Assembly: GCF_964204645.1 (NCBI RefSeq) | Contig: NC_134026.1 | Coordinates: forward strand, 7,277,950 to 7,341,949 | Direction of reading: 5' to 3' | Length of the DNA: 64,000 nt | From: Tubulanus polymorphus | Taxonomy: Eukaryota > Animalia > Nemertea | Shown: positions 1-13,783 of the stretch, one piece after another | Layout: the number at the start of each line of letters is the position of its first letter | Position numbering within the stretch: the stretch's first letter is position 1 | Translations under genes and position numbers: made by a program | The notes under the pieces: model-generated | Database searches by the model: none | The model's input: the letters and a program-made list of their open reading frames with translations, nothing else | What the model was told of the DNA's origin: nothing

Positions 1-724
1 TCGAGCGCGTTAAGGCGCATGCATTCAGTCTTCCAGATGATTCTTGAAGAGAAAGACTCCCTTCTAGATCCGCCCCTGAACAGTAGAAATCACTATATAT
101 AAAATCTTAAAACTTTTACAATATCACATGTATTCAATTTCAGTCTCGCAATGCTTTTGTATAATTCGTCATTGGCGATACAAAACGCGACATCTTGACA
201 TTTTCCAAAAATAACATTACAATGAGTTATTTGCGAAACGTTTTTTCGGGAAACGTTACATCGCGAAAAAATTCCAAAATCCGAGGGACGTGTTCAAAAG
301 TAACGTTCTTTCAAAACCTAAGCGCGTAATCTATGAGATAGCCGCTGTTCCCGTAATGACCACAAGGACAGATAAGATCACATGGCCGTGACTGACCTCA
401 AGAGGTATAGGTATAGCTGTATCGGATGGACTCGACGATAAGAGCGCGGTGACCTTAACGAGAAGATTTAAACCCCTCTAACTGGAAAATCGCATGTTGA
501 TGAATCTAAGATCGTATCTATGTATCTCTTCTAACTGATGTATATGCACATCTTCTGTCTCAGTAATTACAAGATTAGCTTCCTACATACATACATGTAT
601 ATCAGCTATACTGCCTGTTCAATATGCTAATGCGGATAACTAGTTTTAGTTTATCCACGTATTCTGCGGACAACGGCAATTTTCATCTCCGCCGCAACAT
701 GAATAAAACCGATTAGATATCATC

Positions 725-1250
725 AGCACATGCTAAAAGCAAACCCTGCCCCGTTAGATGCTAAAATACAGCAAAACGTGCATGCTAAAATGCCTTTCAA
801 CTTACGTGCTGAAATATCTCAGAAGTTACATGCTAAAACACCTCAAAACATGCATGCCAAAATGCCATATACGTGACATGCTAAAATGCTTTACAACTAA
901 GTCCTATTACCTGCTAATGCATCGCAAGTTACGTGCTAAAATACCTCAAAAGTCTTACGTGCTGAAATCCTCACAATTATATGCTAAAATGCTAAATATA
1001 ACATACAAGTTCCGCTAAAATGCCTCGACAAGTTACATGCAAAATGCCACAGCATGCTAAAATGTATCACAAGGTTTATGCTAAAACATGCTAAAAGGAG
1101 GTAACAAGACATATGCTGAAATTGCTCACATTATCATCATCATGATCAGATTTATTTCAACGTCGCGCCTGACAAATCCTCACATAATTTCATGCAAAGT
1201 CCGCTGTACAACGTGCTAACATTTCTCAAATAGTAAAATGCTAAGTTGTA
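725..1250. repeat. Degenerate minisatellite with ATGCTAAAA core
   Basis: About 20 dispersed ATGCTAAAA/GTGCTGAAA cores roughly 20-30 bp apart. This explains the repetitive MLK peptide of ORF 758..1018. Confidence 0.75.
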
Positions 1251-3386
1251 CTTATCGTACTATTATCAAGTACTTTAAATTTATATCAAAACACCTATTA
1301 GATGCATTCCTATACTTTTTGGAACGTTTTAATTCATTCGGGCGAAAGCATGAATGGCAAATTCTGGTTTTCCTCAGTAGTGAAAGACGAGAATTATTGT
1401 ATCTGTCTGTCTTCGCCTGTGCTGTCCTGAATAACAGATGAGTTCTGGTTATCACAACGAATAGAATGACTGTTTCTCAGTTAACACGACATCCGAGAGG
1501 TTTCTTACACATCGAAACAGCAACATCATTCACTGAGATAAAACTATCAAATATTTAACTCGCAGTCAGCGAAACGAATCAAAGAGAACAAGCGGGATTT
1601 CACAGATTCGGACACCCACACGTACCGGGAATCTGAGGAGGATTTCTGTAAGGCGGGTGACCTTGCAATCTTTACCTTACAGACCAAATCATGTCGATAT
1701 ATATACATATACGAATGAGCGACGGCATGGTCTGTCTGTAATCTAGTTTTGGGGTCTGCCGTGTGTCGGAGATTTGCTGCTAATCAAAACATCGGTTCGT
1801 TAGGACGCGTACAGAATTAAACTATACATGATACCGAATCCTGGAAACTCCCTCTCCCTCCACCACCCCTCCTAGCCCTTTCCACCCTCTCCCGCTCCCT
1901 AAATCATTTTAAAACTGTTAAACTGGATCCCGAGTCAATAAACTTTGGGATTAGATGGGTGGTAATTAGAATAATTTAACAGTCGCACAAGGTTATTGTT
2001 ATTAGAGCGGAAGTGCGAAGTATATATCGCGACTTTGTGCTTTGATAACGAGATATTTAAATAATTCCCATTGGTGGAGTTTGTAAATGAGCTCTACAGA
2101 CGATACGATGGGAGGGGGGAGGGGAGGGAGAGGGGGTAAATAGACCGCATCAGTAGAAGGGTAAGAGAAATGTGGTAATTTGGTAATAAAACTTATTCTT
2201 GTCTCAGTTGTGTAAAGGGTATTAGTGTTGTCTGTAATGTGCAATTGTCCTCTTTAACCCAAAATAAACTACAGTTTCTTATAACACACTATTTAAATAC
2301 AGACTCCTGTTCACTACGATTGACAAACACAGAAATTACATCGGTCATGATGCATTACCAGAAATTACCTCAGATGCAAATCGGAGACTGTATTCAAAAC
2401 GAAGCCGGAATCGAATTTCCTAAAAGTCATAAATGTTTTTTTCTGAAAAATGGTCCTGATAAGACTGTTGTAATTAGAGAATGAAAGCGGGTATTGTTAG
2501 TGGATAGGGTCCCGCCAAACCCGATTGACCAGCAGTCAACACACCTGACTTGTCGCCAGTCACTACACCTTACTGGTCACCACAGATAGATGGTCATCGC
2601 ACTGACCAGACTAGCTAGTGCAGTGGTCTAATGGCGATTGGTTTGCAGAGGTCCCGGGATCGAGGTTCGGGCACGTTCTCACTTAACGAAATCATTATTT
2701 ACTGCCTCTGAAAAAATGATTAGCATCTGTATTTCAAATTTCACATTTTTCTTCCCATCAAGCATTTGATTTTCGATACCACACGCATGCGCAGACGGCC
2801 GCTTGTCCTCGTTAAACCGCCGTCAATACGGATCACGTGACCAGATGATTTCACCGTAAAGCAGTCGTTTTTTACGACTTGTCGATTGCCGGTACCTTAC
2901 ACGCAGGTCACGTTAACAAAATACCATCCCGTTTACAGTGACGTATGAGCCGCTGATTAATTACAAATTGTGAAGCTGTGAATTTATGAGAACAGAGAGA
3001 CTGAGAGACTAGGGATGGATGGATGGCCGCCGCTGCCGCTGATGCTGATGCCGCTGGAGCTCCTCTCTCATCTCCACCTCGCCATCGTGACGTTTACACA
3101 AGTTGATTGCAAAATGGTGATTATTAGGTTTCATATCGTGTAAATAGATTGAGGAGCGAGTTCTAACTGCGACGCAGTGGAATATTCCTGGAAAATAGAG
3201 ACCACACTTTACAATCGCATCACCTACCACGACCAACATACATACCCTCGATAGTTTTCGAATTAATATAATTGACGAAACACTAGGAGTCCGTGTTAAG
3301 ACGATACAGTTACATATAAAAATCCCTGCGCACTAAGAGAGAAATAAAGAATCTTAGATATTTTTCTTAAAGCTTATGAATAGTTC

Positions 3387-3428
3387 ATTCGATGTTTCGG
3401 CCACGTCCTAAAAGTAATCATCAGGAAT
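3387..3428 (-). ncRNA. Degenerate minimal hammerhead ribozyme motif (GACTAT subfamily)
   Basis: Minus strand reads ATTC-CTGATGA-T-TACTTTTAGGACGTGGCC-GAAAC-ATC-GAAT. Stem I ATTC/GAAT is intact and stem II is mutated. An opposite-strand partner (ATTCCTGA...ATAGTCGAAAC, 3434-3605) is split by a MITE. Confidence 0.5.
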
Positions 3429-3899
3429 CCAGCATTCCTGAGCGGGCTGGTTCCTTAGTTGAGAAAGTCCAAAAGTGGTCTTAAATCTTGATACTGGTCT
3501 TAAGCTGTTAGATTGGCTATAGAACTAAAATTGTCTTAGACTTAAGTCGTAAGTTTAAGACATGACTGGCTCCGTGGATAACACATAGGATATAATAGTC
3601 GAAACATTGAAAAAACTGTTGGCAAACGAAACTATTCCGGACTCTTTTCATTCTTAGTGTTGATTTTGTATCATCTTCACCACACTGACTCAGAGTGAAA
3701 TTTCATCGATGCTTAAATCGCACTTAACTTTCTGAACCTTTCTACAGTCAATCACAATCTAAAGATTAAGTCATTTCAATTTCGTATTCTTTCCGTTCAA
3801 TGTTTCATCTCGGGAAACCTCGGCATTTCCGAGTGTTTCCGGGAATATCGTTCTTATATCGTTCGGATGCTTTTAACGGTTGATTAGAAAAGTTCAAAT

Positions 3900-4075
3900 C
3901 TGCGTCACCACGTGACCACCATCACGTGCTCACACCGCGTTACGTGTGAACGTGTTTACGTCACACACGTAATAGATGAAACGTTCATTAACGCCGTTGC
4001 GTAGCGACTCCGGATATAAAACGGTCAGAAATGACCATTTATATTCGACACTTGACGTCACGTCACGTGACCTTC
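3900..4075. promoter_or_regulatory. Dense E-box/CRE/CLEAR motif cluster (candidate enhancer or promoter)
   Basis: CACGTG at about 3910 and 3923, several TACGTG/TACGTCA motifs, a perfect CRE TGACGTCA at 4053-4060 abutting the palindrome GTCACGTGAC at 4062-4071, and TGACCT at 4068-4073. Confidence 0.4.
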
Positions 4076-4738
4076 TATTGAACTACACGACTCATAGTTG
4101 ACAATGTTACATCAATACATGTTTAGCTCTTGAATTCTAGAACAATGAAATATCCTTGAAAATGAAAAGTCACTTATATGAAATACCACACTCAGAATAG
4201 AAATCCCAAAATTTTTCCTTGCGTTAGTAGTTAATTCGATATCGCATATAGTCATCTTCAGGAATGTGATCCAATTTGGAGACCATTGCCGAAACACTGT
4301 AAAATCCTTGGCTGCACACTAAGAATGAAAACAATCTGAGATGTATTTCGATGTGCTAATACTTCTTACTCGACGTTTCGAATTAGTCCTATATAACCAT
4401 CTTGAGGAATGTATAATAATTTGGAACCACTGATGAAACGCTCTGAGTCCGTGTCGTAAAGAAAGTACAGAATCACTACTGTGCATACTAACGACAAATA
4501 AAGGAAAGGAAAGAACGATTAAAAGAATGGAGCATCCCCCCGAAGATGAATATTTAGTCCGGCCTTGATTCAACCCTGTATGCCGAGATGATTTAGTGTT
4601 ATATAGAGGTGCCACGACTATATGGCCAGCCAAATAGACCAAGATGCTCAAAATGTTGCCGTAAACTCACGATTTACTGTCTTCAACTTAAGCTTTTGAA
4701 CTTTGCCTCTTTGGCATGGAATTTCAGCGCTTTAAGTG

Positions 4739-4770
<32 letters not shown>

Positions 4771-5829
4771 CAACCTACTGAATATAACCTAATAGTCATA
4801 TATATGAAATATGAGTTGTATTGATGATTCCCCAGATTAAAATTACTAATGGTAATAAGGGAGGGTTAGAAACAGTAAAAGACATAAAATTCAATTAGCG
4901 CAGTTCTCACTAGCTCACAGCTAGTCTCCATTTAAACATTATACTTACTAATCATTCTTTACGGTTATCCGATATTTTCAAGGTCGTGTGGCGCGAATCT
5001 GTGGCTGTTTTAATGAGGTTTTTAGATATGATAAAAACGTCTGAAAAAAATTGGATTTTTTTTGTATAGTGAAATGACCGTTGGTTTTAAATGATTGACG
5101 GCAGTGATGACATTGATATTTTTCTTTTTGTCGCAAGTTGCTCCCAAAAACATAATCCGTTAATAGAATTTCATGTTCTATATTCATCGTTTTTATCGAC
5201 TGGATGATTTTTGCACGCAGAAAAATTAATCTGAATGAATGATTTAACAAATAAATTCTAACGTTTATTCAGTTAGGTGATATGATAGGTCGAGAAGATA
5301 CACAATTTCCGTTTTGATACGTAAGAAATGCCACAATAAACGTACGTCAATACGTCACTTCGAAGCCGAAACGTTGCTCGAAATGTATTAAACCTTTTAC
5401 TCAGAACTTTTTGTTTTTTGCTGAAATTATTGTGGGATTTTTTACGTAGGTTATGATAATATGAATCTCAGTATTTGGAATATAGATTTGAACAGCGGTC
5501 CGGCTCTTGAAAGTTGGTTAAAGATAACCAGCGGATAACCCGCCACGTATAGTTATCAGATGCTAGTTTTACCCATTAAAAAATCACTAGACCGATTTCA
5601 TTTTGTCATGGGCCGTATTTAGAAAAAACATTGCTTTTAATCAAATATCCGGCGAATGATCATAGAATATGAATCAAGGCTATTACGACATATCTGCATA
5701 ATCTCGCATGATCTAAATCATATTTGCACCGTGTGGTATCAATAGACCGACACGCAGCCAGCCAACGACCTGCCGACCAACGACCTTCAGTGACAGTCAC
5801 GTTAAGAGATTATTCGGTTCAGACAGCAA

Positions 5830-6178
5830 TCTCCCTCTCTCCCTCTCTCTCCCTCTCTCTCCATCCCTCCCTCTCCCTCTCTCCCCATCTCTCCCGCTCT
5901 CCCCCCTCGTCTCCTCTGTCTTTCCCTCCTCCATCCTCTCCCTTCTCTTTCTCCCTCCTCCCTCCCCTCCTCTCCTCTATCAGCTCTCTATTCTCCCCTA
6001 TTCACTACCCCCTCCCGTCTCTCCTTTCTCCCTCCTCCATTCTCTCCCGTCTCTCGTCTTCCTTCATCCTCTCCCGTCTCTCCTCTCCAGTCTCTCCTCT
6101 CTCTCCCTACTCCCTCCCCTCCTCTCCTCTATCAACTCTCTCTTCTCCCCGTTTCTCCTGTCTTTCTCTGTCGCTTCC
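5830..6178. repeat. Polypyrimidine (CT-rich) low-complexity tract
   Basis: About 350 bp that is almost purely C/T on the plus strand. Confidence 0.9.
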
Positions 6179-7821
6179 ATAACAGCCACCGTTCGATTAT
6201 TAAAAATTCCACGTCTTTCTAACCAGATAATGACTTTTATGGAAATTCTGATGAATCTGTTGGAAAAATATTGCGCGCCGTTGTGCACAGAAGGTCACGG
6301 AGTTTGTTGATGTTTTTATATTGAGTAAATCCGGTTAGGAGTTTACCGTCTAGAAACCCGTTTAATGTCGATATTATTTCATGCTCGGTTAACTCAGATA
6401 TCCGCCCCTCACGCAGTGTGAGGGGTGCTGACGAAGGTCTGTAGTTGTTTGATCTTCCGAAACTCTTAATAAATTTCACTTTTACATTTTTCAAATTTAC
6501 ATTTCAGTGTGTTCGCCATCAGGGTTCCGTTTCATGAAGGTGTTTGAGCTTAAAAACTTAGAACATTAACATGCTCATTGAAAACGTGAAGTAAAGCAAT
6601 TAAACCACTTTCTCGTGAAACCGGATCCAGTAATCATTCTACGTATTACAGGTTATGAAACTTTGTTCGATCAAGGTCCAAAGAAGGTGTTAAACTGTCA
6701 AGGTTTCCTGGGATTATGAATGTTTACCTTGAGAAGCGTTCACAATGTCCACCTCTTAATCGCTCCACAAAAGGAGAAATCGCACGCCGGAAATTGTGCT
6801 TGTTGCCACCGAATCCTTGACAGACGTTAGATACGTGATGTTTTTTTAACTGCCGGTTAGGCACATTGCGGTGACCTTGACGGCCACTAAAGTCGTCTGG
6901 ATAGGTTTCAGTGAACGACCTTGACCACTTGGCGGCAGGATGCTTTGTCGCTTTCGCGCTCCAAATCTGAATGATCCCATTGCATAACTAAGTATTTTGA
7001 TTGATATAAATTTCTAAGGGCTCGTATACATTAAGTACATATTTAACAAGTGGGTCCATTTCTCACCCACTTAAAGACAGCCCCGAAGGTATTGTACGCA
7101 TTAATGACCAATTCTTTATTACCATGAATTCTACTTTGTGACCTTTTTCAATATAAGATCGCTCGCAACCCGGGTATTTTTCTTTTTCTGTCAATAACTT
7201 ATCACAAGTAACAGCGGCAGCGTTACTTTTTGAGATAGAACTGTGACGCGTTGGATCCCGTTAAAACGTCATATTTTTTCTTTCGCGTTACTTTTGCTTA
7301 TTGCGGTAGATTTTACTGCAGTGCCTCACGGAGACTTTAAGAAGAGGTACGCGTATGTTATGTTACCGCTGCTCTACTGGCTGACTGGATGGTGGAGAGA
7401 GAAAGGGAGAGAGAGAGAGAAAGAGGATAAGCTTAATTTATCACCAGTTAAAAACTATCGGACGGCGGCAGTAAATGGGGCCCTGGTGTCCAGTAATCTT
7501 ACCTCTGACAACTATAAAAACATACAATAAACGGGAGAACACGTTTCGGCGAATTCCGGTGCAAACACATTCAGACAGTCGTTAAAGATCGGTAATGTCC
7601 GTAAGTGATCGTTAATGTTCGGTTAAGTCCGGCTGGTAGATTATTTATGGTCTACGATACGCGGGTGATTTGAGCTGAAAACAGCAGTTTTTGAATACAC
7701 CAAAATTCGGTAATTAAATCATTTTAGAAATGTTTCGATTAATGTTTATAATTTTAGAGTCAAACTTAAATAATCAGTGGATCCACCAATAGCGACTGGT
7801 TACTTTTTTGATAGTAGCCTA

Positions 7822-7997
7822 CGTGGAACTTCGTTACAGCGAACTTCACGGGGCCAGATGATATGTTCGGTATAACCACAGTTCGCTGTTATATCCAGTA
7901 TAAAATTTATCAAATTTTCTTACTCGGGAAGGAATTCTATACATGTTATATTCGATGAATCCGTTGTATCCGAGTTCGTTATAACGAGGTTCCACTG
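7822..7997. mobile_element. Tc1/mariner-pogo (Tigger-like) MITE
   Basis: Imperfect TIRs C(A)GTGGAACTTCGTTACAGCGAAC ... GTTCGTTATAACGAGGTTCCACTG flanked by TA dinucleotides. Confidence 0.7.
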
Positions 7998-8878
7998 TAA
8001 ATCACTAATGTCACTTGGACCGGTTTCAATAGTCTTCGTTTTTTGTTGTTATCACGGTAATTCTTAATGTATCATCATTTTGAGGAATAACTTTTTTTGT
8101 AAAATCTTTATAAGATTCGGGTGTCCTCCTGTTAACTTCACAAATTTTAATTATATTCATCATATTCATCGAGAAAAAATGCATTCCAATTCAGTTCGCC
8201 TGGAATCATTTGTTAATCAGTTTTTGGGTGTGAAACTGTGTCGTGTTAGAGGATCACCGGCTGCCGATCTGTTTTCTCTGTGGCGCAGACGCGCTTTTGA
8301 AGGTCACTAATCGCCCGCTGCTGTGGTACGTACGCAGAATCTAAGCGCAGAAGGTAAGAATTGATCGGATTAGCCGTCGAGGTAATCCGTCAGTACTAAA
8401 CATTCCGCCGGTACTTATCCTTATCGGAATAAATTAGATAACAGTTCGACTAATGATGCCGTATAAATGACATTTACTTATCGGACTAATGACCGTCACT
8501 ATAATGTAACTAACTAACATCCTTCGCTTGCCCCCAGCCGGCCAGCCGGTCATTTATAATATGTATATACGTACATATATTTATATATATATATATATAT
8601 ACCTATCGATTATCACTTCGATATTACCCACTAGGGGACGCTGATTAATGGGCTGACCCACGTGGTATGTCGCTGTGTAGAATACATAATTAATGAATTA
8701 AAGACGTCGTTTAGAGATGTTAGTTAGATGTTAGAGGTGTTAGTTGTCCTTGTGTTTATTGTGGGACAAGATGGTGTTTTATGAACGAATTTCACAGAAA
8801 GGGGTCCTTTGCATTCATAGGACCGTATATCATTCATTCCCGTCATGCACAGGGCCCTATACCATTCACAGCTCCAAA

Positions 8879-9212
8879 CCCATAGCCAGGGGGTTCGTCC
8901 GTTCGAACGAACGCCCCTTTTGAAATTTGAAATTGAAATTCTTTATTTACGAATTAAATTACATTAGAAAATAACAGATAATAATATGGTAATGTAATAT
9001 AAGTCGATGGATACCAGGATAAGTTAAAAACTTGTAACCTTAAAGCATGGCACTGGCACCCATTTTTAGAAAGTGCCCTTCATGATTTTTTTAGCCTATG
9101 TAACAGGTTCAGATGCACCACTTGAGATGTTCAGTGTAGGACACACCCTTCCGGCGACTCAGCTCCGTTGTTTATAATTCGAGAACGCCCCTTTCAAAAT
9201 CCTGGCTATGGG
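8879..9212. mobile_element. Non-autonomous DNA element with CCCATAGCCAGG TIRs
   Basis: CCCATAGCCAGG...CCTGGCTATGGG inverted ends. A related copy lies at about 55850-56270 (shared GTTCG..AACGCCCC and AAAGTGCCCTT motifs). Confidence 0.55.
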
Positions 9213-10428
9213 CTTGGGGTCCTATACCGTTCACAGATTTCTGCCATGCACAGGGTTATATCATTCACATCGCCGTTTACCACTCATAGGTTCCGATGCC
9301 TATTCATATGATCGTATGCCATTCACAAACCCTGCAACTACCGACTGCTATGAACCGTCTCGATATGTATCTGCATGGTACAAACCCCTTTAGCATATTG
9401 CGGACCGCGCTAGCGGAACCCAGCTCGCGGCGGGAGTGCTGTATGAAAACTAACCGCTTCAGTCGCTCATTAATAATTTACAGCAGAAAAAACTGCGTCC
9501 ACCTTTACAGAATATGTAATCAAAACCGACAATATAACGGCTGGGCGTCTGGGGATTAAACATCTACATAAACTAGCTAGAATCCATCGTGTCTGTAGAC
9601 AGCGCGGTACAGGCGTGCGGGAGACAGCGCGCGGTACAGGCGCGGCGGGACTTCGCGCCGTCAACCCCTAATAAACATTAACATCATTCATCGAGCGCGT
9701 ACCTGACTACGTCACGTTTACACGCAGTCAGAGAACCATCACCGACCCAGTTCCCAACCCATGTCCACCATCAGTCACGGCAGTTCTACAGTTCTAGACT
9801 CGTTTCGCCACAGTTCTGGACTTGATCAGTTCCACAAGTTCTGGACTCATTTCCCCACTCCCGGGGACCCGTAACGCAATCGTCGGAAACATTTACTCCA
9901 CCTTATACTGCCTTCTTGTGCTAAATACTAGGCTTTCGGGAATGTGTTTTGGCCCCGTAGAGCATAAAGGGCTTTTACTGCAACACATTAGAACAATGAT
10001 TTGCTCTTGTTACCCGAAATTTACGTATGAACTGTGTGTATTATCAAGGCCACGACGTTCTATATCATTTTATACCGAATATCATCACAGGTTTTCCCTC
10101 CTCGAGTCATCATTGATTATGCACGATTCCATATTTAAAATGACCCCTAAAACAACAGACAATAATGCGAGTTTATACCTATAAAGCGCTAGCTGTATAA
10201 TGGCTACGGCGCGGTAGTTTTATAGTTATTACTGGCAGACGAGATGATGAGATCTAACGTTCATTTCCTCATATAGCTAATAACAAGTGTCGCTGACGTC
10301 ATCAGTGCTATGTTTGGTATGCACTAAAATGCTGACAACATTTTATATTGGAGTTAGAGTCGCATGATGTATTGTCTTAAACGCTACCGGGTACCACTGC
10401 GAAATGATCGTACGTATCTGTTACACTA

Positions 10429-10591
10429 CAGCGGAACCTCGTTATAACCAACTCAGGTTTAGCTGTTAACAAAAACCTAGAATTTCATCCCAAATAGGAC
10501 AATCTTTATTACTTCATATATACTAGATACTATCGGTTATAACGAACAGATTTTCTGGTCTCCTGAAGTTCGTTGTAACGAGGCCCCACTG
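10429..10591. mobile_element. Tc1/mariner-pogo (Tigger-like) MITE
   Basis: TA|CAGCGGAACCTCGTTATAAC ... GTTGTAACGAGGCCCCACTG|TA. Same family as 7822-7997. Confidence 0.75.
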
Positions 10592-11821
10592 TATATAGAA
10601 CTTCCGGTTACGAACAGATTTTCCGTAGCCCTGAAGTTTGTTGTGTAACGAGTCATTCCGCAGTAGACTGCCACATGTCATAATTCCAAAAATGTTTGAT
10701 ATACGTTTATCGTACAATTTATCAATTCATATCAATTATGGATTATGTAAGTTTGAAAGTTAATTTGTGGTAGTGATAATTCGAACTAACATATACATTT
10801 TAATATTTTAATTAGGAAACATTTTGAGGAGCCCTAAATGAATTTATTATCATATGTATGTATCCCCAGTGAGAAAATGTCGCCGTCACATTTATTGAGT
10901 TTTTTGGGGGGATGTTTAGTCGCGCCGCTGACACATGTCTGAACTGAAGATGAAAATAACAAAATAGAAGATTTTGCCGAGTAATGAAGAAAAGTTAAGA
11001 GAATTTATATCCGAAAAAGTGAATTTTGATATATTTGAAATGTTATCTTCGTTTTAGAAAATTTTCTCGTATTTCATGCGTATAGATACGTATCAAACTT
11101 CAAGAAGGAATATTTGTTGTCTTGTATTTATTTCAGCTAGAAATTAAAGAGAGAACGTTGAAAATAAGATTAACGCATCTGTTTTCAGCAGGGAATGGCG
11201 ATCCAGCAGATATGGAGTCTAATTCGGGCCACATTAAGCGTCCAATCTCTACCAAATTTGTTTGTTACCGAACACAAAGATTCGCAATGTGAAAACGGTT
11301 TAAATCCTAAATAAATATTCGGGGAATTTTTCAGGAGAGCTTTAAGGTTTGTGATTCTTGAAGAGACCAGGTTCTAAATCTACGATACATGTAGACGTGA
11401 AAAGACGATTCAAAATACAGACAACATATCGTGGACAACAAAACAAATCGTGAACTTAGAAAATATTTATTTGTTTGTCTAATAAAACACTCAAGTAACT
11501 CGGTATCAACTTTAACCTCACTCAATATTCATTTTCAAATCTCAAGTTAACGCCCAGGTTAAAGATAATACGCACGTCTTCACAGTTCCACAGTTGTGAG
11601 TTAAGAGTTAGGTCTGAGTAAAATCTGTGAATTCTCAATGAGTTACTCAGAGTTAAATCTCAACCAAGACTGTGGAAAATGGTCCTGGACCCAGTTCCAC
11701 AGTTCTGTGTTAAGATTTGACTCTGAGTTAACTCATTGAAAATGAACTAATCTTAACTCGGTGTTAAATCTGGACAAAGAACGTGGAATACATAATGAAA
11801 CCACAGTCCGTTGACGACGAC

Positions 11822-12757
11822 TTAAAGTAATAAACGATTTAGTGAATTCAGAAATATGTTACGTATTTCTTTACCGGTGATTATATACAAATAGAAATTC
11901 GTAGAATAATTCAGGACGATTAGATCCGTACAAATGGAGAAAGCTTTCGGGATGTATCGCGATAAATTCGGAACGGACTGTAACGGAGCCAAAAGACAGA
12001 CTGGAAGAGTCGTTATCAGAAAAAATATCGATACAGTTAAAAGAACACCAGTTACTTGTCGGGTCGATGACGAAAGTTTGTTCGATTCGAGTTGTTTTTG
12101 ATTTCGTAACGTGAAAATGATGGTAAGACTTAACGTGGTTAAAAGTATCGTCGGTAGAAACGACATAAACAGCACGACAAGAACTGATTTAATACCGTGA
12201 AAATCTACCCGAACACAACCGATATTTCTGATATACACCAGATCGAAAATCATAAAACTGAAAATCATGGCGAAAAAAGACGGAATTGATAAACATAAAA
12301 ACGTGGATAGTTGTAAAGTCCAAATACGCGGCGCTCTAAACGGGTAACGTATGATACACATGCGTTCTGTAGAAACGGCCACTAAAATCCACGGACTCGA
12401 AACTAACGCGATATGTGTGAAATAATCTAGTAACGTACACTGTAATTGTGAGGTGATATCGATGAGAATTACGTGGTAGAAATGGAAACAAATCGTATTG
12501 ACGTATTTACAACAGAAATACGATAAGCCGATCGTATCGGAGAGGGCGAGCACGACGAAAAAACGACTGTACGATAGTTTCCATAGTTTCGGTTTTAACA
12601 TTACCCATACGATCAAAGAATTACCGACGAGTCCGAACAGAAAACACGATCCGATGAATACGAAGTAGAATATTTTATAGACGAAACCGGTCGGTTTTTG
12701 AGGGCTGAATACGATACCGATGTACAGGTTACTGAGACGTTGGTTAGTTGAATTCAT
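11822..12757 (-). CDS. Class A (rhodopsin-like) GPCR, FMRFamide-receptor-like/invertebrate chemoreceptor clade, copy 1
   Basis: 311-aa ORF with 7 hydrophobic segments: GN in TM1 (GLVGNSL), LALSD in TM2, ERM at the DRY position (STERMCIIRYP), TM6 FFLITTLP, TM7 NYSTNFYLY. The ATG directly follows a pyrimidine-rich cag splice acceptor. Confidence 0.92.
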   Translation of the reverse strand: MNSTNQRLSNLYIGIVFSPQKPTGFVYKIFYFVFIGSCFLFGLVGNSLIVWVMLKPKLWKLSYSRFFVVLALSDTIGLSYFCCKYVNTICFHFYHVILIDITSQLQCTLLDYFTHIALVSSPWILVAVSTERMCIIRYPFRAPRIWTLQLSTFLCLSIPSFFAMIFSFMIFDLVYIRNIGCVRVDFHGIKSVLVVLFMSFLPTILLTTLSLTIIFTLRNQKQLESNKLSSSTRQVTGVLLTVSIFFLITTLPVCLLAPLQSVPNLSRYIPKAFSICTDLIVLNYSTNFYLYIITGKEIRNIFLNSLNRLLL

Positions 12758-13529
12758 CTGAGGGGAGGGAAAAGTGTCAGAGCAGCAGTAGCAGCAGTAG
12801 CTGCAGTTCCAGCAGCAGCTAACAGCTCCACACCGGTCTCTAACAAACTGATCTGCCAGATTGAGCTGTGATACATGCGTATTTCATACATCAAAGAAAG
12901 ACATTTGGGAATCGCATATCCTTCCTCAAATAACTCGTTTAATATTAATTCAGCCTACTGGCTCATGGAAACTGCATTAAAATATCTAAATAGTTGGTAA
13001 AATATTTTGAATTATAAGTGGTATTTCTTTATATGTGAAGGGAATAATCCCCAAATTATCAACGGTGCAGTACGGTGGCATAATGTAACTAGGTCGTGAT
13101 TCGTAGACTGAGGTGATTCTGTTAATGTGCTTTTTCAACATGAATTTTTACAGGTGAGATTTTTGATTTCAAGATTTCGCCTAGAATTTCTGTGTCAGTA
13201 GCATATCTAGTTTCTTCATTTTCTTTATTATGACGACATTCTGGGTATAGGGTTTTTCTTTGCTGTGTGTGAAAAATGAAGGATCGATCGAGTTTGTTTG
13301 CGAGTAGCCAATAATGTAAACGTAGACAATGTAATTCTTTATTCGTTTGCGTAATAAGGTTTTTGAGATTTTCGTCGTGACTTAAGCAATTATAGCATCG
13401 TCAGTGAATCTATAAGTGAAAAAATAGATATCGTTGAGTAGAGCAAGAATGATGAAGGTTCAATGATATCCTTGAAGGACACCACATTGAGAAGGAAGGG
13501 AAGGGGATTTGTTTAAATTAAGGATGTTG

Positions 13530-13700
13530 TTTGGTTTAAATGAACGATGAAATTAAGTTTAGAGGAGTTCCTCTGGTACCAAAGTGCTGGAGTTACTTAA
13601 CTACGCAGGATACTGTGATCTTAGTATATCGAAAGCTTTTAGAAAGATCTAGAAAAATGTCAATAGTTTGGATAGGGATTTGGAAAGACCGTTGCGTAGC
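13530..13700 (-). mobile_element. Degraded CR1/L2-type reverse transcriptase fragment
   Basis: Minus-strand translation gives TIDIFLDLSKSF ... LQHFGTRGTPLNLISSF, matching the RT motif FLDLSKAFD...KL.HYGIRG. It is frameshifted and contains stops. Confidence 0.6.
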
Positions 13701-13709
13701 ACTAGTAAA

Positions 13710-13783
13710 TCCAATTTGGCCCAGGGGTTGTAGGATTCCTGGATTTCACCCAGGCGGTCCAGGTCCGATTCTCGAGGTGGGAA
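13710..13783 (+). pseudogene. Degenerate tRNA-Glu(TTC) copy (pseudogene or SINE head)
   Basis: TCCAATTTGGCCCAGGGGTTGTAGGATTCCTGGATTTCACCCAGGCGGTCCAGGTCCGATTCTCGAGGTGGGAA aligns with eukaryotic tRNA-Glu(TTC). The anticodon arm CCTGG-ATTTCAC-CCAGG is intact but the acceptor stem and B box (GGTCCGATT) are damaged. A T6 run follows at 13790. Confidence 0.7.

Noticed and set aside
758-1018. 86-aa ORF with repeated MLK
   Set aside because: Translation of the ATGCTAAAA minisatellite.
5724-6288. Ser/Pro/Leu-rich and Arg/Glu-rich ORFs
   Set aside because: Artefacts of the CT-rich low-complexity tract.
10875-11315. Possible plus-strand exons (MSPSHLLSFLGG...; QGMAIQQIWSL...)
   Set aside because: In-frame stops and no recognisable homology or consistent splice chain.
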